Shown: piece after piece, positions 1-6,413 of the stretch
Layout of the letters: each line of letters starts with the position of its first letter
Numbering within the stretch: the first letter of the stretch is position 1
Assembly: GCF_006345805.1 (NCBI RefSeq)
Contig: NW_021828722.1
Span: 1 to 7,797, forward strand
Direction: 5' to 3'
Origin: Octopus sinensis
Taxonomy: Eukaryota
DNA: 7,797 nt
Made by a program: the position numbers and the translations under genes
Notes under the pieces: generated by a model
Databases searched by the model: none
What the model was told of the DNA's origin: nothing
What the model saw: the letters and a program-made list of their open reading frames with translations, nothing else

Positions 1-297
1 AGAGAGGTGGCGTGATATTGCTGTCTCTGTAGAGAAAGCAATGTATTACCGGTTTATCGTAATCCATTTTACGAAAACCTGCATCGAAATTCAGATTTGA
101 GATAAAATCGTATTCCTGAATGTTAATCCCCACTAGAAACAAATCTACATCGAAAATAAAACGAAGAAAAATAAAATAAATTATGCCATTAAAAACAAAG
201 TGAATTCACGTCATCGTGTATTAAATACATCACTCAAAAGCTGTAAAACAAAATGTATACCATATCCAAGCACACACTTTCAATTGTTTTACTACGT

Positions 298-315
298 ACA
301 CACACACACATACAT

Positions 316-373
<58 letters not shown>
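298..373. repeat. (CA)n microsatellite
   Basis: Near-perfect AC run with one short TACATG interruption. Confidence 0.98.
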
Positions 374-375
<2 letters not shown>

Positions 376-403
376 AAATATGAGATACAAGCAGCACTAG
401 TCT

Positions 404-587
404 GCCGGGCAAAATGCTTAGCGGCATTTCATCCGTCTTTACATTCTGAGTTCAAATTCCGCCGAGGTCGACTTTGACTTTCATTCTTTCGCGGCCGATA
501 GAATAAGTACCAGCAAAACACTCGGGTCGATGTAATCGACTAGGCCCCTCCCACTAGATTTCAGGCCTTGCGCCTTCAGCAGAAAGG

Positions 588-640
<53 letters not shown>

Positions 641-654
641 TATTATTATTATTA
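404..654 (+). mobile_element. tRNA-derived SINE (family A), 5'-degenerate, with (ATT)n tail
   Basis: Pol III B-box GTTCAAATTCC at 450-460. 33 bp (444-476) are identical to the copy at 5722-5754. Central module CCGATAGAATAAGTAC (495-510) and hairpin GTCGA-TGTAA-TCGAC (526-540). Ends AGAAAGG followed by the (ATT)n tail. The head may extend in degenerate form to about 391. Confidence 0.88.
588..654. repeat. (ATT)n trinucleotide tract, the SINE tail
   Basis: About 22 ATT units, one ACT variant, directly 3' of the SINE body. Confidence 0.97.
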
Positions 655-690
655 CCTCCGCCTTAGCAAAGGCAGAGGTATTGTTTTCAA
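651..690 (+). mobile_element. Possible terminal fragment of a Helentron/HINE-like non-autonomous element
   Basis: ATTACCTCCGCCTTAGCAAAGGCAGAGGTATTGTTTTCA forms a hairpin at 653-680 (TACCTC/GAGGTA plus GCCTT/AAGGC). It resembles the ATTACCTCCGCC..GGAGGT..TGTTTT ends I recall from HINE-type repeats. No body follows. Confidence 0.35.
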
Positions 691-750
691 TAATTAATAA
701 TTAGGGTTCAGCTAACTGCTTCACCACATACCGTTCTATTTTTAATTTAG

Positions 751-763
751 TATATATATATTA

Positions 764-816
<53 letters not shown>

Positions 817-915
817 ATATATATAATATATTATATAATATATATATATATGTATGCATGCATATGTGTGTGTATATATATCTATATATGTGTGTATATT
901 ATGTATGTACGTATA
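751..915. repeat. (TA)n tract grading into TATG/TG low-complexity sequence
   Basis: About 100 bp of imperfect (TA)n, then mixed TA/TG/TATG. Confidence 0.95.
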
Positions 916-1074
916 ATCGATTGCTTCCACACAGTTTCCGTCCACCAAATTTACCCAAAATGCATTAGTCGCTCTGGCGCTAAAGCAGGAGACATTTGCC
1001 CGAAGTGCTGTGGAATAGGATTGAACTCAAAAGAGACGTGTTTGTTGAGAAGAGAACTTCTGTACCACAGGCAC
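916..1074 (-). mobile_element. Diverged tRNA-derived SINE (family B, CORE-like), 5' half only
   Basis: Minus strand shows A-box-like TGCCTGTGGTA, B-box GAGTTCAATCCT (1017-1028), CORE-like GCACTTCGGGCAAATGTCTCC, and GGTGGACGGAAACTGTGTGGAAGC. These are colinear with the + copy at 5985-6146 (GGTTGAAGGAAACTGAAAAGAAGC). Confidence 0.75.
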
Positions 1075-1108
1075 CCCCCCCACACACACACGCACACACA
1101 CACACACG
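1075..1108. repeat. Poly-C plus short (CA)n
   Basis: A C run followed by CACACACACACGCACACACA. Confidence 0.9.
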
Positions 1109-1535
1109 TATGTTATATCTGAGTAAACGTGTGAGCCTTCACACACATACATACAAATACATTATCACACAACTTATGGACGTCTCTTTCACTTAGACAT
1201 GTACGCACACATCTCAACATCTGTTCTGAAACATATCTTAACCCTATACTGATACATACAATGAGAAATCCGGCGAAGTCAAGACACACGGATGTTTTTA
1301 TAGGATATACAGCCACACCCCTGATATAAATCTATTATCAACCTGTTTGATATGTAATATGACTATCGGATATCTCATGGCTCTTGTGAATATCCAGGAA
1401 AATTCCGTGTGGTCCTTGAAAAGTATATAGCTAAGTATCAAATGATACTGACAAGAAATTACCCATCTGTTTCTGCTATGTGGGATGTCAATGACACACG
1501 ATTCGATGGCTTCTAGCATTACATACAATGTACGC

Positions 1536-1587
<52 letters not shown>

Positions 1588-1708
1588 ATGTATTGTGTGT
1601 GCGTGTGCGAGTGTGTGAATGTAAATATGTATTCATGTATGTGTGTGTGTATATATATACATACATATATGTATATATACATGCATTTATATATATACAT
1701 ATATTACA

Positions 1709-1768
<60 letters not shown>

Positions 1769-1773
1769 TAATT
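1536..1773. repeat. Compound (TA)n-(TG)n-(TA)n microsatellite
   Basis: Directly visible dinucleotide runs; source of several spurious ORFs. Confidence 0.97.
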
Positions 1774-2104
1774 ATACCACCAAGTAAGTTAAGGGTTATG
1801 GATCCAACCCACTAAGGGATAGTATTTATCCAATATACTGTTGGTATAATACCCGAATTCTTAATACACAAATGTTTATAATTGCAATGCAATTAACTTA
1901 TTTATTGTATTAAACAGGTGAAGGTAATTAAATATTTAACCATTAATTTTTAATACAAATAAGAAAATGGAAAAACAATTTAGTTTGTTTATCAGCTTTG
2001 GGATATGAGAATGTTGAATTATTTATTCATTTAACAAAAATAAGAAGCTTAATAGCATACGTATATACATTATAATTCAATACATATAAGATAAGAATAC
2101 AATT

Positions 2105-2285
2105 ATGAAAATCATAATATAAATTATATATACATACATATATATATATATATACATATTATTATCATTATTATTATTAGTAGTAGTAAGAATAATGATA
2201 ATGATAATAAAACACACACACACACACAAACACATACCCTCACAAACACACACCCACACAAACACACACACACGCAAACACACAA
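2105..2285. repeat. Low-complexity tract: TA, ATT/AGT/ATG triplets, degenerate (CA)n
   Basis: A series of short imperfect simple repeats. Confidence 0.85.
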
Positions 2286-2287
2286 AT

Positions 2288-2520
2288 ATCTTGGACTCTG
2301 TCGTCGTTAGACAACGTATGAGGGTTCAGCAAATCCTTGCTGAACAACCACACAGATGATTTGTTTATAGTGATCGAATCTCTGTGATCACATAAGCTCA
2401 CGACCTCCATCAAATCGACATTACCTGTACAGGTGCACCGTGTGCCACATGTCCAAATGACCGCAGAGCAACGGTGAAAAGAAGTGCTGGGAATCGAACC
2501 CACGATTTCGCAATATATAT
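2288..2520 (-). mobile_element. tRNA-derived SINE (family C), head damaged
   Basis: Strong B-box GGGTTCGATTCCC on the minus strand (2489-2501), no clear A-box. 9-bp hairpin GTTCAGCAA/TTGCTGAAC (2324-2345). The 3' end carries a stem-loop resembling the RTE 3' end at 4439-4452. Confidence 0.7.
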
Positions 2521-2529
2521 CAAGATCAC

Positions 2530-2875
2530 AACATACATGTACACTGCAACATAATTTCTTTTCCTCAACAGGCCCTGCCCTATTTAACATTGTCCCGAGA
2601 GAGATCAAAGAGGAAAAGGATCCCATCAACTTTAAACGGAGTCTGGATAGATTCCTTCAAAAAATACCAGATAAGCCACCATAATTGGATACACCTCACC
2701 CAACAAGACTCACTACTTGAACAAAACTGGATACAACTCACCCACAAAACTCACTACTTGAACAAAACTTGACTTAAACAGGATTCGAATAATCCTATCA
2801 GGTAGTGCTATTAAGTTAGACATGGCCTGGGCCAATCTTCTTTGGTTGAAACATATCTAAGTTATCTAAGTCTAA
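2530..2875 (+). mobile_element. 5'-truncated CR1/L2-group LINE: ORF2 C-terminus, 3' UTR and short-repeat tail
   Basis: Translation TLQHNFFSSTGPALFNIVPREIKEEKDPINFKRSLDRFLQKIPDKPP fits the GP.LFN.LP...FK..LD.FL..IPD.P C-terminal motif of CR1-group ORF2. A frameshifted GYTSPN..SLLE follows. UTR hairpin AGGATT/AATCCT (2780-2796) and tail TATCTAAGT-TATCTAAGT-CTAA (2854-2875). Confidence 0.85.
2686..2768 (+). repeat. 42/41-bp tandem duplication inside the LINE ORF2 end
   Basis: TGGATACACCTCACCCAACAAGACTCACTACTTGAACAAAAC followed by TGGATACAACTCACCCACAAAACTCACTACTTGAACAAAAC. Confidence 0.95.
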
Positions 2876-2878
2876 ATT

Positions 2879-2898
2879 TATATATATATATATAAATA

Positions 2899-2930
<32 letters not shown>

Positions 2931-2948
2931 ATATATATTATATATATA

Positions 2949-2984
<36 letters not shown>
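2879..2984. repeat. (TA)n microsatellite
   Basis: Imperfect TA run between the LINE tail and the Helitron 5' end. Confidence 0.97.
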
Positions 2985-2986
<2 letters not shown>

Positions 2987-4139
2987 TTATATATATAAAA
3001 CTGAGAATGTCTGTCTGTCTGTCTGTGTTTTCCCTAAAACTTGAGAACTACACAACCAATTTCATTCAAATTTTACTCATGTCTTACTTAGGTTCCGGGG
3101 AGTGTCATCGGCAAAAACAATTTTGAACTTTTTGCCTAGGGCGAGCCCACAGCAATGTCATATCTTCTCCACTACGATTTCCTAAAACTTGAGAACTACT
3201 CAACCAATTCCATTCAAATTTTACACATGCCTTACTTAAGGTCCATGTAGTTATATGGGCAAAAAAATGTTCAACTTCTTGCCTAGAGCGAGCCCATAGC
3301 AATATCATATCTTCTTCACTATTTCATTATTACGTGTTAAAAGTGAAATAAAAACGTTTCTCTATTTTATGTTAGATACTTTCACTTTAACAATAAAAAT
3401 AATAATAACAATTGAATTATATGTAGTAAGTAATAATTAAAATCAAACTAAAGTAACATGACAAAAGTAAAAATAATTGGTATAAAAATTGCATCAATGA
3501 TTTGAACTTGAATAAGTGGTTTCACATGAATGGGAATAAATTAAAAATAAAATTAGCGTGCAGAAATGGAATAGTCCAGATGGATAATAAAAAATTAAAT
3601 TAAAGAAAAGACTATTGTCTATAAAGTAGACAATGAAGAGAAAAAAGATTTGAACACATGGAGGAAAGCACCTACGAAAAGTGTCTTGGTGCGACTATGA
3701 AAGGTATCTAATCAGAGGCGGTAAATTCGCCACAATAGAAGGTTCAAGTCAACGGAGCGTGCAAGGGAGTACTCGACTCGAACTTTCAAAGTGGAAATAT
3801 TTTATTTATTACCTTTATATCTGGGACGTAGGACGTCCCGGAAAAAAATTTAAAATACCCCCCCCCCGAAGTAGAAGTAGGCTGGATTGTAGCCACACTT
3901 CTATACAAGAGGGAGGACAAGATACAATTGATCGAAATTACAAGAGACGGGCTAACAATTCCAGTCTGTTATATATTTTGAGTATTGTTATCACTAGCGA
4001 TATCAAGATATAACTTTGTATTTTATATTTTATGTGTAGATGTATATATATAGATATACATGTAATATGTATACATATATATACACATATATACATGCAC
4101 TAGTACTATGACCCGGCAACGACGGGTCTTTAATGCTAG
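2984..4139 (+). mobile_element. Candidate complete non-autonomous Helitron (1156 bp)
   Basis: 5' A|TC start (TCTTTATATATATAAAACTGAGAATG) followed by (GTCT)n. 3' GC-rich hairpin GACCCG-GCAACGA-CGGGTC (4110-4128) ends 11 nt before the CTAG|T terminus (4136-4140). A|T target with no TSD matches Helitron rules. That both ends belong to one element is inferred. Confidence 0.62.
3033..3321 (+). repeat. Two-copy tandem repeat, period 148 bp
   Basis: CCTAAAACTTGAGAACTAC at 3033 and 3181. Manual alignment gives about 21 differences in about 141 bp (roughly 85% identity). Confidence 0.97.
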
Positions 4140-4168
4140 TATATATATATATATATATATAATATATA

Positions 4169-4204
<36 letters not shown>

Positions 4205-4234
4205 TATGTATATGTATAAATATATATATATATA
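4140..4234. repeat. (TA)n/(TATG)n compound microsatellite
   Basis: Directly visible runs. Confidence 0.96.
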
Positions 4235-4287
4235 AGTGCCAGTTGAAGGCTGGAGTCGGTGTGTGTGTGTGTATTTTGTTTACATAA

Positions 4288-4345
4288 CTTTCGTCTGACG
4301 AGCGTGCTGTCACGTGAAACTGAAACAGAATCCAGTTGAAATAAA
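4288..4345 (+). ncRNA. Hammerhead-ribozyme-like core, possibly a Penelope-like pLTR or retrozyme remnant
   Basis: CTGACGA (4295-4301), stem II GCGTG/CACGT with a 4-nt loop, GAAA (4316-4319), stem III ACTG/CAGT, UH (4336-4337), then AATAAA at 4340-4345. Stem I is short and offset by 2 nt. Confidence 0.35.
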
Positions 4346-4431
4346 CCTCTACACTCATTAGCACAGGTATTCTGTACTGATTTGCTCATTCATCGGCAGG
4401 AAATAACGTTTGAATATACTAATAAACATTA

Positions 4432-4622
4432 GTTCGTCCGTCGTTGACGACGATGATCAAGGATATCACCAAAGAGACGGAGACAGGACACGGTGTGTGC
4501 GGCTGTGACCAATCAGTTCGATGCATGCTCGGAAGGCTCTGCCGCAGTTTGGACACTTGTGGTGTCTTGGGACTGAAGGCGAAGATTTAGCTCTGGACTT
4601 GCGCAGTTCGCATTTTGTTTGT
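4432..4622 (-). mobile_element. 5'-truncated RTE-clade LINE 3' end with a C-terminal C2H2-type finger
   Basis: Minus-strand KCELRKSRAKSSPSVPRHHKCPNCGRAFRACIELIGHSRTHR matches the RK.R....CP.CGR.F...IGL..H.RTH terminus of RTE/BovB-type ORFs. A short UTR ends GATCATCGTCGTCAACGACGGACGAAC. Confidence 0.85.
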
Positions 4623-5097
4623 GTCCTTGCATGTCTGTATGCATGCGCGCGTGTGTGTGTGTTTACGCGTTCGAGCGTGTGTCCTAGTTTAGTGATTTTT
4701 ATATAATTTAAAATACTATATAATATAACAACATAGATATACAACTTAATATGTACTACAGTTTCCAATAAATAGAAGAATTTTACAGAGTATATAACTT
4801 GATATATTATCACCTGGTAATATTATCAACACACATATGAAATGAAAAACTCAATAAACGTAAGATTATGTTTGGTATCTAATCATAAACTGGTAATTGA
4901 CTTAGAAGCAAAATACTTACCGTTAGCAATAACAAATTTCAAGCACACAGTCTGTTAGATATAAAAATTTATAAGTTCAGATAATAATATGAAAATTATA
5001 AGTTTTATGACCTTTATCGTTGTATTGGACATATAAGTAGCAAACTTTCTCGTCGATTGACTATGCACCTGCAACGTTTACAGATTTTACAGATTTG

Positions 5098-5430
5098 CTG
5101 TGATTCTCAGCCATTTGTTTCATCTACAGACCCCTTTTGATTACTATTCTGTTCCCGTGGACCCCTAGAGCCATTTGATATTCAAAAACTAGTTTTATAG
5201 ACTTCTTTCAAGATTCCTATCTGATTTTTCTCACATTAACTTGTGTAAGTTGAACTATGTAAAAACATTCGACAGCCATTTCTTACAATAAATACATCTA
5301 AAGCACAAACTTTTTTCATGGACCCTTAATAGATTGCTGCAGGTTCTCAGTTTACTATTTTGCTTGTATGGATCCCAAAGCATCTTATACGGGCCTCAAG
5401 AATCATACGGACCCAGAGTGAGAATCGCTG
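5098..5430. mobile_element. Degenerate hAT (Charlie-like) MITE, 333 bp
   Basis: Imperfect TIRs: CTGTGATTCTCA (5098-5109) versus the reverse complement of 5419-5430, CAGCGATTCTCA (10/12), similar to CAGTGGTTCTCA-type ends. Several internal GGACCC-like subterminal motifs. The 8-bp flanks (CAGATTTG, ACATTAAG) do not match as a TSD. Confidence 0.55.
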
Positions 5431-5653
5431 ACATTAAGGAAAGATATATCGAAGAATATTTGTTAACATAACAGCCTCGAATAGAACTGATGAGTTCGAG
5501 TTGGCAGATTAAATGCATGGAACATTCAAGAGATAACTGGATATACAAATGTAGTCAAAAATAAACACTTGTCGATTTGTTAAAAGAATTTTCAACAAAA
5601 CATGAAATAGGAGTGGATGTTTTCAAGAAACAACTTGACCTCCTGTCTATTAA

Positions 5654-5761
5654 GGCGGCGAGCTGGCAGAGTCGTTAGCACGAAGGGCGAAATGCGTAGC
5701 CGTATTTCGTCTACCGTTACGTTCTGAGTTCAAATTCCGCCGAGGTCGACTTTGCCTTTCA
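5654..5761 (+). mobile_element. tRNA-derived SINE (family A), intact head, 3'-truncated
   Basis: GGCGGCGAGC start, A-box TGGCAGAGTCG (5664-5674), B-box GTTCAAATTCC (5728-5738). Colinear with 404-483, then stops abruptly after TTTGCCTTTCA. Confidence 0.87.
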
Positions 5762-5865
5762 AGAGCATCTTTTTTTTGCATCATAGAACCTAAGTAATCT
5801 AAGTATTCATCAATAAGAAAATGCTACTGAAACAGCTGTGAATTCTTAAACTCCACTTGTGTTTT

Positions 5866-5880
5866 GTCTGTCAGTCTGTC

Positions 5881-5932
<52 letters not shown>

Positions 5933-5938
5933 CCTCTC

Positions 5939-5983
<45 letters not shown>

Positions 5984-5984
5984 T
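5866..5984. repeat. Compound (GTCT)n-(CT)n-(TA)n microsatellite
   Basis: Three abutting simple repeats. Confidence 0.97.
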
Positions 5985-6395
5985 CGCAGGAGTGGCTCTT
6001 TGGTAAGTAGCTTGCTTACCAACCACATGGTTCCGGGTTCAGTCCCACTGCGTTGCACAATCGTCAAGTGTCTTCTACTATATCCTCAGGCCGACCAAAG
6101 CCGTGTGAGTGGATTTGGTTGAAGGAAACTGAAAAGAAGCCCGTCGTATATATATGTATATGTATATATATGTGTCTGTATGTGTTTGTGTGTCTGCGTC
6201 CCTCCCCCTTAACGTCGCTTGACAACTGATGCTGGTGTGTTTATGTCCCCGTAACTTAGCGGTTCGGCATAAGAGACCGATAGAATAAGTACTAGGCTTC
6301 CAAAGAACAAGTCCTGGGCTCGATTTGCTAGACTAAAGGCGGTGCCCCAGCATGGCCACAGTCAAATGACTGAAACAAGTAAAAGAGTAAATAGT
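5985..6395 (+). mobile_element. Full-length tRNA-derived SINE (family B, CORE-like) with an internal microsatellite
   Basis: A-box-like TGGCTCTTTGG (5993-6003), B-box GGTTCAGTCCC (6036-6046), CORE-like CAAGTGTCTTCTACTATA. Internal TA/TG tract at 6147-6195, module CCGATAGAATAAGTAC (6277-6292), 3' hairpin CAGTCA/TGACTG and an AAAAGAGT-type tail. Confidence 0.9.
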
Positions 6396-6413
6396 ATGTA
6401 TGTATATATATAT

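Noticed and set aside
17-42. Imperfect palindrome ATTGCT-G-TCTCT-GT-AGAGA-A-AGCAAT
   Set aside because: Isolated, near the window edge, with no associated element features; compatible with chance.
200-2283. Many 60-120 aa ORFs (HTHT, YIYI, CVCV repeats), and similar ORFs at 4023-4389, 5846-6122, 6871-7153 and 7446-7792
   Set aside because: They are translations of dinucleotide and tetranucleotide microsatellites that happen to lack stops; no protein-like content.
3033-3321. Direct repeats as a CRISPR array (also 2686-2768)
   Set aside because: Only two abutting copies, no unique spacers, no cas genes, and a eukaryotic context.
3681-4013. 110-aa ORF inside the Helitron
   Set aside because: GTG start, crosses A and C homopolymers, and shows no Rep (HUH) or helicase motifs or any domain I recognise.
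4466-4813. 115-aa minus-strand ORF as a host C2H2 zinc-finger gene
   Set aside because: It has a single finger with no TGEKP linker. It is preceded by the RTE-type RKSRA segment and followed by an RTE-like 3' end, and its N-terminal part is low-complexity flank.
5487-5500. CTGATGAG as a second hammerhead core
   Set aside because: No stem II followed by GAAA downstream. The motif sits in a simple GAACT/AGTTC hairpin.
5610-5649. GVDVFKKQLDLLS, resembling the CR1-group FK..LD motif
   Set aside because: Only about 13 codons with no supporting similarity on either side. It could be a very old fragment but is not supportable.
5654-6050. A/B-box segments as real tRNA genes (also 450-460, 1017-1073 and 2489-2501)
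   Set aside because: I could not build a cloverleaf, and each continues into a SINE body, so they are tRNA-derived SINE heads.
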